Positions 54,410 to 64,000 of a stretch of 64,000 nt of DNA are shown one piece after another. The DNA lies in contig JAQTSC010000001.1 of the NCBI GenBank assembly GCA_028711505.1, forward strand, positions 56,447 to 120,446, given 5' to 3'. This DNA comes from Minisyncoccota bacterium. Lineage in GTDB: Bacteria > Patescibacteriota > Minisyncoccia > JAHISW01 > Tagabacteraceae. The notes under the pieces are model-generated. The model did not search any database, had not been told where the DNA came from, and worked only from the letters and a program-made list of their open reading frames with translations. The stretch's first letter is position 1. Each line of letters opens with the position of its first letter. A program made the position numbers and the translations under genes.

Positions 54410-55717
54410 ATGATCAAACAAACCATACAAGATATCATCATAAAAAAACCCGGCGAATCAAAGAGGGAAAGTTCTGAAAAAGCATGGCTGGAAACTCAAA
54501 AAATAAAACAGCGTTCGGACTCGTCAGAAAAAGTCCTGAGCGAAAAAAAAGATAGCGCCAAAAACGGACCCGGCTGTTTGAAAAGAATTTCTAAAGGGAA
54601 GATAGCCTTTGGTCTGGCCGTTTTTTTTCTTGCGGTTATTTTGGGCGCCAAAATGATTGATGCGTTTTCAAGAGCCGTTGTTTTGATAACTTTGCGGGCA
54701 GAAAAAATCAATCTGGAAACAATAGTAAAAGCCGGTCCGGGGGAAAATTATGATTTTGCCGCGGAAAAGATGGAATTTTCTTTGGAAAAAAGCAAATCAG
54801 CCCGGGCTACCGGAGCGGAAGACGTTAACCAATACGCTTCCGGAAAAATAAAGATTTTTAATGAATTCAGCTCAACCTCTCAATTGTTGGTGGCAAATAC
54901 ACGTTTTGAAACTTCAGCGGGAAAGGTTTTCCGTATTCATTCTTCGGTTGTTGTTCCCGGCGCCACCGGTAAAAACGAAGATTTGATTCCAGGTTCCATA
55001 GAAGCGATAATTTACGCCGACAAGCCTGGAGAAGAATACAACATAGGTCTTTCCGATTTTACGATTCCGGGTTTCAAAGACAGTCCCCGTTACGAAAAAT
55101 TTTATGCGAGGTCCGTTTCACCTGTTGAAGGAGGTTTTATCGGCAAGAAAGCCGTAATCGCGGAGGAAGATTATGAACGCATTACCGCAGAGCTGGAAAA
55201 TGAAATAACCAGTGAGATTATGGAAAAAGCGGTTCATCAGATTCCCGAAGGATATATTTTTTACAAAAACGCTTCCAATGTCTCTTTCGTCAAGAAAGAA
55301 TCTTCGGAACCGGCCGAAAATGGAGGAACTACTTTTGTTTTATCCGAAATCGGGACAATCTCGGCATTTTTAATGCCCGCGGATTCTTTTTCGCGTTTTC
55401 TCGCTGTAAAATATCTGGGCGAGGAATTCCGGGAAAAAGTTAAAGTCGCGAATTTGGGAAGTCTTGATTTTGAAAAAATAGATGGTGATTTTGAAAATGG
55501 GACTATTACATTTAAAATAAAGGGTGAAGCCAATTTTGAATGGATTGTTGACGAGGGCAAACTGAAAGAGGCCCTTACGGCTTCTCCCAAAAACATGAGC
55601 GATGTTTTTGGTCAAACTCCGGCGATAAAGAAAGCGTCCATTGTTTTCAAGCCGTCTTGGTGGCATTTTTTCCCAGACAATCCGTCAAAGATAGAATTAC
55701 GGTTTTCCGAACAATAG
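54410..55717 (+). CDS. Membrane-anchored hypothetical protein with large extracytoplasmic domain
   Basis: 435 aa. Single TM helix (IAFGLAVFFLAVILGAKMI) after a 60-aa cytoplasmic Lys/Ser-rich N-terminus. Directly follows the actin-like ATPase gene. Confidence 0.5.
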   Translation: MIKQTIQDIIIKKPGESKRESSEKAWLETQKIKQRSDSSEKVLSEKKDSAKNGPGCLKRISKGKIAFGLAVFFLAVILGAKMIDAFSRAVVLITLRAEKINLETIVKAGPGENYDFAAEKMEFSLEKSKSARATGAEDVNQYASGKIKIFNEFSSTSQLLVANTRFETSAGKVFRIHSSVVVPGATGKNEDLIPGSIEAIIYADKPGEEYNIGLSDFTIPGFKDSPRYEKFYARSVSPVEGGFIGKKAVIAEEDYERITAELENEITSEIMEKAVHQIPEGYIFYKNASNVSFVKKESSEPAENGGTTFVLSEIGTISAFLMPADSFSRFLAVKYLGEEFREKVKVANLGSLDFEKIDGDFENGTITFKIKGEANFEWIVDEGKLKEALTASPKNMSDVFGQTPAIKKASIVFKPSWWHFFPDNPSKIELRFSEQ

Positions 55718-55742
55718 AGGCTGTGTTACCGGCTTTACCTAT

Positions 55743-55772
55743 TTGACAGAATCATCGTTTTTTTGCTAGTAT
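55743..55772 (+). promoter_or_regulatory. Promoter (TTGACA - 18 nt - TAGTAT) for the infA-rpmJ-rpsM... operon
   Basis: Read directly. Followed by a 5'UTR hairpin CAAAGGCAG-tgatgg-CTGTCTTTG just before the infA start. Confidence 0.55.
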
Positions 55773-55858
55773 CTTTTTTATAAGACATTTGTTTTATCGG
55801 TTTAATACCCGATCGATGAGCCAATCAAAGGCAGTGATGGCTGTCTTTGGTGCTAATA

Positions 55859-56074
55859 ATGCAAAAAGAAGCAATTAAAACAGTTGATGGAACGGTCACT
55901 GAGGCGTTGCCAAACGCCACTTTTCGAGTTCAACTGGATAACAGCGAGGAAGTAATTTTGGCTCATCTGTCCGGCAAGATGAGGATGTACAGGATAAAAG
56001 TTCTTGTTGGAGACAAAGTAAAATTAGAAATGAGCCCTTATGGCGAAAGAGGAAGAATAGTAAAGAGATTTTAA
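55859..56074 (+). CDS. infA: Translation initiation factor IF-1
   Basis: [71 protein letters not shown]: full S1-like IF-1. Confidence 0.9.
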   Translation: MQKEAIKTVDGTVTEALPNATFRVQLDNSEEVILAHLSGKMRMYRIKVLVGDKVKLEMSPYGERGRIVKRF

Positions 56075-56079
56075 CGAGC

Positions 56080-56193
56080 ATGAAAGTAAGGTCTTCAGTA
56101 AAAAAAATATGTAAAGACTGTAAATCGATCAAAAGAAGAGGTCGAATTTTTGTCATCTGCAAAAACCCGAAACACAAGCAAAGACAAGGTTAA
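56080..56193 (+). CDS. rpmJ: 50S ribosomal protein L36
   Basis: [37 protein letters not shown] (37 aa, zinc-ribbon CxxC...C...H). Not in the ORF track because it is under 60 aa. Confidence 0.85.
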   Translation: MKVRSSVKKICKDCKSIKRRGRIFVICKNPKHKQRQG

Positions 56194-56205
56194 ATTTATA
56201 AAATT

Positions 56206-56589
56206 ATGCGTATTTCCGGAACAAATATACCAGATAACAAACGGCTTGACGTGGCTTTGTCGTATTTGTTCGGTATTGGCAAAAGTTCCGCCCAGAAAAT
56301 TTTGAAGGAAGCGGGCGTTCTTCCAACCGCAAAAGCGAAAGATCTTTCCGCCGAAGAGTCGAATAAAATTAGAGAACTTTCTGAAAAAACAAAGATAGAA
56401 GCCGAATTAAGAAGAGAAATTTCCGCGAATATAAAACGCCTTAAGGATATAAAATGTTATCGGGGATCCAGACACGCCCGCAACCTTCCTGTTCGCGGAC
56501 AAAACACGAAAACTAATTCCAGAACAGTGAGACCTTATCGCGGAAGAAAGACGATGACAAGTGGGAGAAGAAAACTTGAAAAGAAATAA
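56206..56589 (+). CDS. rpsM: 30S ribosomal protein S13
   Basis: [33 protein letters not shown]... Confidence 0.9.
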   Translation: MRISGTNIPDNKRLDVALSYLFGIGKSSAQKILKEAGVLPTAKAKDLSAEESNKIRELSEKTKIEAELRREISANIKRLKDIKCYRGSRHARNLPVRGQNTKTNSRTVRPYRGRKTMTSGRRKLEKK

Positions 56590-56635
56590 TTCGACTTGTC
56601 TGCCGATGGGCGGGAAAATTCACTATAAATAAAAA

Positions 56636-57070
56636 ATGGGAAAAAAACGCATTATAAAAGAAAAAGGAGGGGGCGCCAGCGCTGAAATGAGAGCGAGGGC
56701 TTATAGCAAAATACCGAAGAAAAAAATCGAGGCGGGTTCTGTTTACATTGAAGCGACATACAATAATACCCGCATAACTTTTACGGATACGCAGGGCAAT
56801 GTCCTCATATGGGCTTCGGCCGGAGGTCTTGGGTTCAAAGGGGCGAAAAAATCAACCCCTTTCGCGGCTTCCAAGGTGGCTGAACTTATTTCCGATAAGG
56901 CAAAAATGATAGGCGTTAAAGAAGTCAACATAGAAATAAAAGGAGTCGGACCGGGCAGAGAATCGGCGTTAAGAACCATTGGCAATCAAGGAATCGAGAT
57001 AAATTCCATAAAAGACACCACCCCGATTCCGCATAACGGCCCTTCGCCGAAAAAACCGAGAAGGGTATAA
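56636..57070 (+). CDS. rpsK: 30S ribosomal protein S11
   Basis: ...[43 protein letters not shown]... Confidence 0.9.
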   Translation: MGKKRIIKEKGGGASAEMRARAYSKIPKKKIEAGSVYIEATYNNTRITFTDTQGNVLIWASAGGLGFKGAKKSTPFAASKVAELISDKAKMIGVKEVNIEIKGVGPGRESALRTIGNQGIEINSIKDTTPIPHNGPSPKKPRRV

Positions 57071-57074
57071 AAAT

Positions 57075-57695
57075 ATGGCTGATACAAAATGCAAAACTTG
57101 CAGAAGAACAGGACAAAAACTCTTTTCAAAAGAAGAGAAATGTTTTGGCGCGAAATGTCCGATGATAAAAAAACCGTATGCTCCAGGCAAAAAGACAAAA
57201 AGGCCGAAATCTCTTTCGGAATACGGAATACAGCTTCGTGAAAAGCAGAAATTGAAATTTTTCTACGGATTAAGAGAGAGGCAGTTCGCAAACTACGTGA
57301 AAGAAGCGATAAGCAGAGGAGGGTCGGGCATTTCCGATCGTCTCGCGTCAACGCTGGAATCCCGTTTGGATAACGTCGTTTTTAGGGCGGGTTTCGCAAA
57401 ATCAAGAAGCATCGCGCGGCAGATTGTCGGACACGGACATATTTGCGTAAATGGCAGAAAAATCACAATACCGTCTTTCCAGATAAAAAAGGGAGATAAA
57501 ATTTCTTTAAGGCCGCAGAGCGCCGGCAAAGCGATATTCAAAGATTTGGATGTCTGGTTGAAAAAATACAATCCTCCCGCATGGCTCAAAGTGGATAAAG
57601 ATAAAAAAGAATCCGAAATGGCAAAGCCGATATCGGGAATTGACGCCGAAACCGGAGCCAATATGAACTCAATAATAGAATTTTATTCGAGGTAA
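57075..57695 (+). CDS. rpsD: 30S ribosomal protein S4
   Basis: Zn-ribbon CKTCRR...C..KC, ...REKQKLKFFYGLRERQFANYVKEA..., and S4 domain ...LESRLDNVVFRAGFA... Confidence 0.9.
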   Translation: MADTKCKTCRRTGQKLFSKEEKCFGAKCPMIKKPYAPGKKTKRPKSLSEYGIQLREKQKLKFFYGLRERQFANYVKEAISRGGSGISDRLASTLESRLDNVVFRAGFAKSRSIARQIVGHGHICVNGRKITIPSFQIKKGDKISLRPQSAGKAIFKDLDVWLKKYNPPAWLKVDKDKKESEMAKPISGIDAETGANMNSIIEFYSR

Positions 57696-57726
57696 TAATA
57701 ATTTTATTGGTAATTTTTAAATAAAT

Positions 57727-58761
57727 ATGCAAGATTTTGAAATTGCGTTGCCCTTAAGTCCCAAGATAATTTTGGAAGAAGGGAAAAAGGGAATTTATGA
57801 AATAGACGGACTTTATGCCGGATATGGACACACTCTCGGAAATTCTTTAAGAAGAATCATTCTTTCGTCTATTCCCGGAGCCGCCATAACTACGGTTAAA
57901 ATAGAAGGAGTAAGCCACGAATTTTCGACAATCTCTGGCATAAAAGAAGACGTGATCGTTTTGTTGCTTAATCTGAAACAGGTTCGTTTTAATATGGATT
58001 CAGGAGCGCCGCTTAAAGCGACATTAAATATAAAAGGTCAGAAAGTTGTTACTGCCGGGGATTTTGAAACGCCGGCGGGATTGGAAGTTCTTAACAAAGA
58101 CAGGGTGATAGCGACTTTGACGGATAAAAATTCCCATCTTTCCCTTGAAGTGGATGTTGAAAAAGGCTTGGGCTATGTCCCTAGGGAAGTTTTGAAGAAA
58201 GATAAAATCGAAACAGGCATGATTATTCTTGACGCGGTTTTTACTCCGGTAAGAAGAGTAAATTATGAAGTGGAAAACATGCGTGTTGGCGACAGGACGG
58301 ACTATAACCGTTTAAGGTTCATAATAGAAACCGACGGAAGCATAACCCCGCGGTTCGCTCTTGAAAACTCAATAAAAATTCTCTTGAAACAGCTCAGCGC
58401 TATTGTCGGTTTTTCCGAAGAGGATACGAACAAAATGATGGAAGAGGTCAAATCAAAACAGCCGGGAGCCGAATTGAAAAAATCGAAAAAAGACAATCAG
58501 GAAAAAACCGGCGAAGATTCTTTTGAGGGAGAAGAATTGTCTTCCGAAGACGATTCTCAGGCAGATTTCTTAAAGACAAGAATAGAAGATTTAGGGCTTT
58601 CAAACCGGACGCTGAATTCTTTGTCGAAAGCGAGCATCAGGACGGCTGGAGGGCTTGCCAGAAAAAAAGCCGATGATTTGAAGGAAATAGAAGGTCTTGG
58701 AGAAAAAGGCATAAATGAAATAAGAAGAGCCTTGGGTAATTTAGGCTTGATATTAAAATAA
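57727..58761 (+). CDS. rpoA: DNA-directed RNA polymerase subunit alpha
   Basis: N-terminal dimerisation domain (GHTLGNSLRRIILSSIPGAAIT) and C-terminal alpha-CTD (DFLKTRIEDLGLSNRTLNSL). Confidence 0.9.
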   Translation: MQDFEIALPLSPKIILEEGKKGIYEIDGLYAGYGHTLGNSLRRIILSSIPGAAITTVKIEGVSHEFSTISGIKEDVIVLLLNLKQVRFNMDSGAPLKATLNIKGQKVVTAGDFETPAGLEVLNKDRVIATLTDKNSHLSLEVDVEKGLGYVPREVLKKDKIETGMIILDAVFTPVRRVNYEVENMRVGDRTDYNRLRFIIETDGSITPRFALENSIKILLKQLSAIVGFSEEDTNKMMEEVKSKQPGAELKKSKKDNQEKTGEDSFEGEELSSEDDSQADFLKTRIEDLGLSNRTLNSLSKASIRTAGGLARKKADDLKEIEGLGEKGINEIRRALGNLGLILK

Positions 58762-58762
58762 T

Positions 58763-59110
58763 ATGCGCAAGCAAAAAAAGGGCAGAAAATTAGGGAGAGT
58801 CAGCAAACAAAGAAAAGCGCTCATGAAATCGCTTTTCAATAATTTGACGCGCGACGGAAAAATAAAGACGACGGAAGCCAAAGCGAAAGAGATGAGGCCG
58901 AAATTTGAAAAAATTATTTCAAGGGCGAAAAAAGACACCGTGGCGAACAGAAGAATTATAGCCACGTATCTTACCCAGTCCATGACTAAGAAAATGTTTG
59001 AAGATGTCGCTAAAAAATACGCCGATAGAAACGGCGGATATACCAGAATAACGAAGTTGGGGGCGCGGCGCGGAGATGCCGGAAAAATGGCTGTTATAGA
59101 GCTGGTTTAA
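58763..59110 (+). CDS. rplQ: 50S ribosomal protein L17
   Basis: ...RKLGRVSKQRKALMKSLFNNLTRDGKIKTTEAKAKEMRP... Confidence 0.9.
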   Translation: MRKQKKGRKLGRVSKQRKALMKSLFNNLTRDGKIKTTEAKAKEMRPKFEKIISRAKKDTVANRRIIATYLTQSMTKKMFEDVAKKYADRNGGYTRITKLGARRGDAGKMAVIELV

Positions 59111-59123
59111 TTAATATAATTCT

Positions 59124-59489
59124 ATGTCAGAAATTAAAAACAAAAAACCAAAAATAGTGGAGATAGATGCCGAAAATAAGTCATTTGGAAGAGTGGCGTC
59201 TCTTGTCGCATCCACGTTAAGGGGAAAAACTTCGGCGTCTTTTGAACCGAATCGCGTTCCCGACACAAAAGTAAAAATTTTAAATCTGGCAAAAATCAAT
59301 TTCACGGGCAAAAAATTTCAAGATATAACATATCAAAGATATTCCGGTTATCCCGGCAATTTGAAAATTCTGCGCCTTAAAGACCTATTCGCCAAAAATC
59401 CGGAGAATGTTTTTAGAAAAACCGTGGAAAGAATGTTGCCCAAAAACAGATTAAGGAAAGTGGCGCTTAAAAATCTGATTTTTAAATAA
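59124..59489 (+). CDS. rplM: 50S ribosomal protein L13
   Basis: ...FGRVASLVASTLRGK...FTGKKFQDITYQRYSGYPGNLKI...MLPKNRL... Confidence 0.85.
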   Translation: MSEIKNKKPKIVEIDAENKSFGRVASLVASTLRGKTSASFEPNRVPDTKVKILNLAKINFTGKKFQDITYQRYSGYPGNLKILRLKDLFAKNPENVFRKTVERMLPKNRLRKVALKNLIFK

Positions 59490-59491
59490 TC

Positions 59492-59929
59492 ATGACAAAA
59501 ACAACAACACCCGCGAAACCCGCGAAAAACGACGAAATTTATTTTGAAGCCGTAGGCAGAAGAAAAACTGCCGTTGCGCGCGTGCGTCTTTTCGGCAAGG
59601 CAAAAAAGAAAAGCGGGGTTTTGGTTAACGATAAAGAATTGGGAATTTATTTTCCGATTTTTGAACATCAGGAAAACGCGATATCGCCGCTTAAAAAAAC
59701 GAAGACAAAAGACGAATTTTTTGTAAGCGTAAAAATTTCCGGCGGCGGAATAAACGCGCAGTCAGATGCCATGCGGCTTGGCGTAAGCAGAGCTCTTCTT
59801 AAATATGACAAAGAGCTGAGGCAGCTTTTAAAAGATGAAGGATTTTTGAGGAGAGACAGCAGGGCGAAAGAACGCCGAAAATTCGGCTTAAAAAAGGCCA
59901 GAAAAGCTCCACAGTGGTCAAAGAGATAA
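59492..59929 (+). CDS. rpsI: 30S ribosomal protein S9
   Basis: ...GRRKTAVARVRLFGK...RRDSRAKERRKFGLKKARKAPQWSKR. Confidence 0.9.
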   Translation: MTKTTTPAKPAKNDEIYFEAVGRRKTAVARVRLFGKAKKKSGVLVNDKELGIYFPIFEHQENAISPLKKTKTKDEFFVSVKISGGGINAQSDAMRLGVSRALLKYDKELRQLLKDEGFLRRDSRAKERRKFGLKKARKAPQWSKR

Positions 59930-59942
59930 ACTTTTTAAAAAT

Positions 59943-60464
59943 ATGCCTGATGAAATCATAAATGACGAAATCAGCGTAGAAAAAGAAGACGAATTTCCCA
60001 AAGATAAATTAAAAAAACTCAAAGAGGAACTGAAAAAGTGCGAGAAAGAAAAAGAAGAATATCTGTTGGGGTGGCAAAGATCAAAAGCTGACTTCATAAA
60101 TGCCAGAAAAGACGAGGAAAAAAGACGTGAAGAATTCGTAAAATTCGCTAATTCGCTCATAATTTACGACATTATACCTGTTTTAGACAGTTTGGAGCTG
60201 GCTTTTTCGTGTTTCCCCGCAAAAGAACAAAACAAACACGGCGATGGGATACGTCTGATAAAACTACAAATAGAAAATGTTTTAAAAAAATACGGCCTTA
60301 AAGAAATTAAATCTCTTGGAGAAACATTTAATCCGGAATTTCATGAATCCGTCGGAGAAATCGAATCGGATAAGGAAAGCGGGGCAGTAGCGGAAGAAAT
60401 TCAAAAAGGATATATTTTAAACGGGAAAATTTTGAGGCCGGCAAAAGTAAAATTGGCAAAATAA
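59943..60464 (+). CDS. grpE: Nucleotide exchange factor GrpE
   Basis: ...LLGWQRSKADFINARKDEEKRREEFVKFANSLIIYDIIPVLDSLELA... Begins 13 nt after the rpsI stop. Confidence 0.85.
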   Translation: MPDEIINDEISVEKEDEFPKDKLKKLKEELKKCEKEKEEYLLGWQRSKADFINARKDEEKRREEFVKFANSLIIYDIIPVLDSLELAFSCFPAKEQNKHGDGIRLIKLQIENVLKKYGLKEIKSLGETFNPEFHESVGEIESDKESGAVAEEIQKGYILNGKILRPAKVKLAK

Positions 60465-60487
60465 AAATAGCGGAGGCGCCGGAACAC

Positions 60488-60516
60488 TTGAAATGCGAAA
60501 ATTTAGAAGATAAAAT
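60488..60516 (+). promoter_or_regulatory. Candidate promoter (TTGAAA - 17 nt - TAAAAT) upstream of dnaK
   Basis: Read directly. No CIRCE (TTAGCACTC-N9-GAGTGCTAA) element found nearby. Confidence 0.45.
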
Positions 60517-60545
60517 TTTTCATATAAAATAAGTTATAAAAAAAT

Positions 60546-62462
60546 ATGGCGAAAATATTAGGGATAGATTTAGGAACAACCAACTCGGCGATGGCCGTTG
60601 TGGACGGAGGGGAGCCGAGAATCATAGAAAATGACGAAGGAGGAAGAACTACGCCTTCTGTTGTTGCCATGACTAAATCCGGCGAACGCGTAGTCGGCCT
60701 TTTGGCAAAAAGGCAGGCGATAACCAATCCTAAAAATACGATTTTTTCCGCGAAACGGCTTGTCGGCCGCAAATTTACGGATAAAGAAATACAAGAAGAC
60801 AGAAACCTCTTGCCTTATGAATTGCGCGAATCTGGCGAGGGCGGGGCTGAAGTCAAAATGGGAGAAAAATGGCATGGTCCGGCGGAAATTTCGGCCATGA
60901 TTCTTCAAAAACTCAAAAAAGACGCGGAGGCAAAGATCGGAGAAAAAATAGAAGAAGCCATCATCACGGTCCCCGCGTATTTTAACGACAGCCAAAGAAA
61001 GGCCACAAAAGACGCCGGAGAAATAGCCGGGTTTAAAGTGCGCAGGATTTTGAATGAACCTACGGCGGCGGCGCTGGCGTACGGATTCAACAAAAGAAAA
61101 AACGAACAAATAGTAGTTTATGATTTTGGAGGAGGAACTTTCGACGTTTCCGTTCTTGAAGTCGGAGACGACGTTGTGGAAGTAAAATCCACGGATGGCG
61201 ATACGCATCTTGGCGGCGATGATTTTGACCAAAAAATAATAGATTGGATAATATCGGAATTTAAAAAAACAAGCGGAATAGATATTTCCAAAGATCAATT
61301 GGCACTCCAGCGGCTTAAGGAAGCGGCGGAAAAAGCCAAACACGAGCTTTCAACAACAATTGAATCGGAAATAAACATACCTTTCATAACGTCAAATGAA
61401 AGCGGCCCGCAGCATCTTCTCCTTAAATTATCGCGCGCGAAGCTTGAGGAAATTGTCGGCAAGTATATTGACGGCTCTATTGAAATAACAAAGAAAGCCA
61501 TTGCCGCGGCAGGTTTTTCCGTTTCGGACATAGACGAAGTGGTTCTGGTAGGCGGACAAACCCGAATGCCCGCCATACAAAACGCGGTAAAAAATCTTTT
61601 CGGCAAAGAGCCGAATAAATCAATCAATCCGGACGAAGTCGTGGCGCTTGGAGCGGCTTTGCAGGCGGGAATACTTCAAGGAGATGTGCGCGATGTGCTT
61701 CTTCTTGACGTTACGCCTCTTTCTCTTGGCATTGAGACGCTCGGCGGCGTAATGACTAAGATAATAGACAGAAACACAACCATACCGGTTTCGCGTTCAC
61801 AGGTTTTTTCCACCGCTCAAGACAATCAGAGTTCAGTTGAAATACATGTTTTGCAGGGAGAAAGGGAAATGTCCAATGATAACAGGACGCTAGGAAGATT
61901 TATTTTAGACGGCATTCCGCCGTCTCCCAGGGGCATGCCCCAGGTGGAAGTCACTTTTGATATTGATGCCAACGGTATTTTAAGCGTAAAAGCGAAAGAC
62001 AAAGCGACCGCAAAAGAACAGACAATAAGGATTGAAGCGTCTTCCGATTTGAGCAAAGAACAGGTGGAAAAAATGCGGCAAGAAGCGCAGGCTCATGCCG
62101 AAGACGACAGAAAGAAAAAAGAAATTATCGAAGCCAAGAACACGGCTGACGCATTGGTCTACGCTTCCGAGAAATCTTTAAAAGAGGCAGGAGATAAAAT
62201 TTCAGAATCAATTAAAAAATCCGTGGGAGATAAAATAGAAGCGCTTAAAAAAGCGAAAGAAGGAGATAACATTCAGGAAATAAAAAATAAGACATCGGAA
62301 TTGTCTTCTGAAATTCAAAAAATAGGAGCGGAACTATACAAACAACCGGGATCTCATGAAACGCAGGATGGAAAAGATAATCAAGAAAAAAATGACAAAG
62401 ACAACGATTCTGGCAATATCCATGACGCGGATTTCGGGCCGGCTGACGACAAAAAATCATAA
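60546..62462 (+). CDS. dnaK: Chaperone DnaK (Hsp70)
   Basis: [22 protein letters not shown]..., [21 protein letters not shown]; full Hsp70. Confidence 0.95.
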   Translation: MAKILGIDLGTTNSAMAVVDGGEPRIIENDEGGRTTPSVVAMTKSGERVVGLLAKRQAITNPKNTIFSAKRLVGRKFTDKEIQEDRNLLPYELRESGEGGAEVKMGEKWHGPAEISAMILQKLKKDAEAKIGEKIEEAIITVPAYFNDSQRKATKDAGEIAGFKVRRILNEPTAAALAYGFNKRKNEQIVVYDFGGGTFDVSVLEVGDDVVEVKSTDGDTHLGGDDFDQKIIDWIISEFKKTSGIDISKDQLALQRLKEAAEKAKHELSTTIESEINIPFITSNESGPQHLLLKLSRAKLEEIVGKYIDGSIEITKKAIAAAGFSVSDIDEVVLVGGQTRMPAIQNAVKNLFGKEPNKSINPDEVVALGAALQAGILQGDVRDVLLLDVTPLSLGIETLGGVMTKIIDRNTTIPVSRSQVFSTAQDNQSSVEIHVLQGEREMSNDNRTLGRFILDGIPPSPRGMPQVEVTFDIDANGILSVKAKDKATAKEQTIRIEASSDLSKEQVEKMRQEAQAHAEDDRKKKEIIEAKNTADALVYASEKSLKEAGDKISESIKKSVGDKIEALKKAKEGDNIQEIKNKTSELSSEIQKIGAELYKQPGSHETQDGKDNQEKNDKDNDSGNIHDADFGPADDKKS

Positions 62463-62464
62463 TT

Positions 62465-63532
62465 ATGAATAAAGATTACTACGACATATTGGGCGTTTCC
62501 AAAAACGCTCCCAAAGATGAAATTAAAAAAGCCTACCGTAAATTAGCGCATAAATACCACCCTGACAAAGATGGAGGAAACGAACAAAAATTTAAAGAAT
62601 TAAACGAAGCATATTACATCTTGGGGGATGAAAAAAGAAGGTCCGAATACGACCGTTATGGCAGAGTTTTTTCCGGAAACGGAGCCGGCGGCGGTCCGCA
62701 AGGATTTGATTTCAACGGTTTTGATTTTTCCGGTCTTTCCGATTTTTCTGATATATTTTCCGACTTGTTCGGTTTTTCCTACGGCGGTTCAGAAAGCGGG
62801 GCGAGAAAGCGGCGGGGCAGAGATATCTCCATAGACCTTGAAATAACATTCGAAGAATCGGTTTTCGGGGTTTTAAGAAAAGTGCTTCTTTCTAGAACAG
62901 CCGTATGCGATGAATGCAAAGGCAAGGGAAGCGCGCCGGATGCTACTTTTAAAACATGCGATATTTGTTCCGGAACCGGAAAAATACGCGAAACAAAAAA
63001 ATCTATTTTCGGGACTTTTACCTCGCAGAAAACTTGTTCCGAATGCCGAGGCTCCGGTAAAATCGCTTCAAAAAAATGTAAAGTTTGCAGGGGGGAGGGC
63101 GTTTTGAAAAAATCAGATGAAATTTCAATAAAAATTCCTTCGGGAATTTACGACGGAGAAATGATAAAAATGCCGGCAAGCGGCGAAGCCGTTCCCACGG
63201 GCGTTTCCGGAGATTTATATGTTAAAATACATGTAAGACCGCATCAAATTTTTAGAAGAGAAGGGGATAATCTGATTATGCATCTGAACATCCCTCTTTC
63301 CGAAGCGTTGCTTGGCGGCGAAAGAAAAATAAGCACGCTTGAAGACCAGGTAAAAGTAAAAATTCCGGAAGGGGTGAATTACGGCGACGTTTTACGATTG
63401 AAGGGCAAAGGGGTACCGCATAAAAACGGCGGCAGGGGAGATCTCCTCGTAAAAATCATAATAAAAATGCCCAAAAATCTTTCGAGGAAAAGCAAGAAAT
63501 TGATTGAGGAACTCAAAGAAGAAGGAATATAA
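62465..63532 (+). CDS. dnaJ: Chaperone DnaJ
   Basis: J-domain ([32 protein letters not shown]), G/F region, and four CxxCxGxG zinc repeats. Confidence 0.9.
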   Translation: MNKDYYDILGVSKNAPKDEIKKAYRKLAHKYHPDKDGGNEQKFKELNEAYYILGDEKRRSEYDRYGRVFSGNGAGGGPQGFDFNGFDFSGLSDFSDIFSDLFGFSYGGSESGARKRRGRDISIDLEITFEESVFGVLRKVLLSRTAVCDECKGKGSAPDATFKTCDICSGTGKIRETKKSIFGTFTSQKTCSECRGSGKIASKKCKVCRGEGVLKKSDEISIKIPSGIYDGEMIKMPASGEAVPTGVSGDLYVKIHVRPHQIFRREGDNLIMHLNIPLSEALLGGERKISTLEDQVKVKIPEGVNYGDVLRLKGKGVPHKNGGRGDLLVKIIIKMPKNLSRKSKKLIEELKEEGI

Positions 63533-63544
63533 AATAAACCGGCA

Positions 63545-64000
63545 TGATATTTAATATCGTAGGCGTGGAAACTGCGTCAAGGATACTTTCACATCCGACT
63601 TGGGATATTTTAGCTATTTCCTTTTTCCTCGCGGTCGGATTTTTTTACGGTCTTTCCGCGGGAAAAAGAAAGCTTTTCGCCATTCTTTTTGCCATCTATG
63701 CCGCGATTCTGATATATTCTAATTTTTTATACATTGATTTCCTCCCGGATAAAGGGAAAATTATCAATCTTTTTCTTTTAAGAACAGGTTTTTTCTCCTT
63801 TCTTGTGGCGGTATTTGGAATTATTTTCAGTAAAACGGTTTTTTCGGGAGTCGAAAAAGTAGACAAATGGTGGCATGCTTTCGTTTTGAGCTTTCTTGAG
63901 ACTGGACTTCTGATGAGCGCTATTTTTCAGATATTTCCGGCAAAAGGATTCGTGGAATTTTCCTCGATAACGGAAAATCTTTTTGCCTCGGACGAAGCGT
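63545..64000 (+). CDS. Integral membrane protein, hypothetical (5' part; continues beyond window end)
   Basis: Open frame from ATG 63545 to the window end with several hydrophobic segments. Confidence 0.45.

Noticed and set aside
59930-60545. Looked for a CIRCE/HrcA operator (TTAGCACTC-N9-GAGTGCTAA) upstream of grpE and dnaK
   Set aside because: No match found; only a half-site-like AGCACTAA at 48559, unrelated to the chaperone genes.
60570-61343. 257-aa minus-strand ORF inside dnaK, with similar antisense ORFs inside serS, malic enzyme, uvrA and others
   Set aside because: Antisense frames within strongly supported genes; no motifs or RBS; products of AT-rich codon structure.
1-64000. CRISPR arrays, transposases, integrases, phage structural genes
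   Set aside because: No regularly spaced direct repeats and no recognisable integrase/transposase or capsid/terminase motifs in any frame.

Overview
This is an AT-rich (about 43% GC, by eye), gene-dense window with almost all genes on the + strand. The minimal protein versions (short DnaX, a UvrC lacking two domains, a 538-aa AlaRS), the many small signal-peptide/TM proteins, a lamin-tail-domain giant secreted protein and two GT39/83-type membrane glycosyltransferases suggest a reduced-genome bacterium, possibly CPR/Patescibacteria-like. That placement is inference only.

What the window contains:
- Clear housekeeping genes: topA (partial) and dprA, serS, an ftsQ-like gene, capA, dnaX, a tRNA-Gln, tgt, the gap-rpiB-gatB overlapping operon, mltG, a uvrB-uvrA-(hypothetical)-uvrC-mnmA block, alaS, and the infA-rpmJ-rpsM-rpsK-rpsD-rpoA-rplQ-rplM-rpsI string running directly into grpE-dnaK-dnaJ.
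- Accessory and unusual content:
  1. A T4-coupling-protein-like ATPase, a small TM protein and a 1264-aa secreted protein with a zinc-phospholipase-C-like domain, a lamin-tail domain and a beta-helix (12.9-20.1 kb).
  2. Three tandem cupins.
  3. A promoter-to-terminator structured leader upstream of a FecR-domain / CHASE2-nucleotidyl-cyclase pair.
  4. Several very small Cys-rich ORFs with their own expression signals.
  5. A tRNA-Gln followed by a perfect 20-nt GC-rich palindrome and a truncated tRNA-Gln duplicate; the palindrome family recurs twice in-frame inside uvrA.
  6. An MliC-like domain fused to a polytopic membrane protein, lying next to a PG-binding GH18 hydrolase.
  7. A small islet (33.2-35.6 kb) with a Cys-rich 68-aa protein coupled to a Cas4-like PD-(D/E)XK nuclease.
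  8. A roughly 160-bp nested hairpin between uvrB and uvrA.
  9. An FtsA/PilM-like ATPase with a membrane-anchored partner.

No CRISPR array, transposase or integrase was seen.
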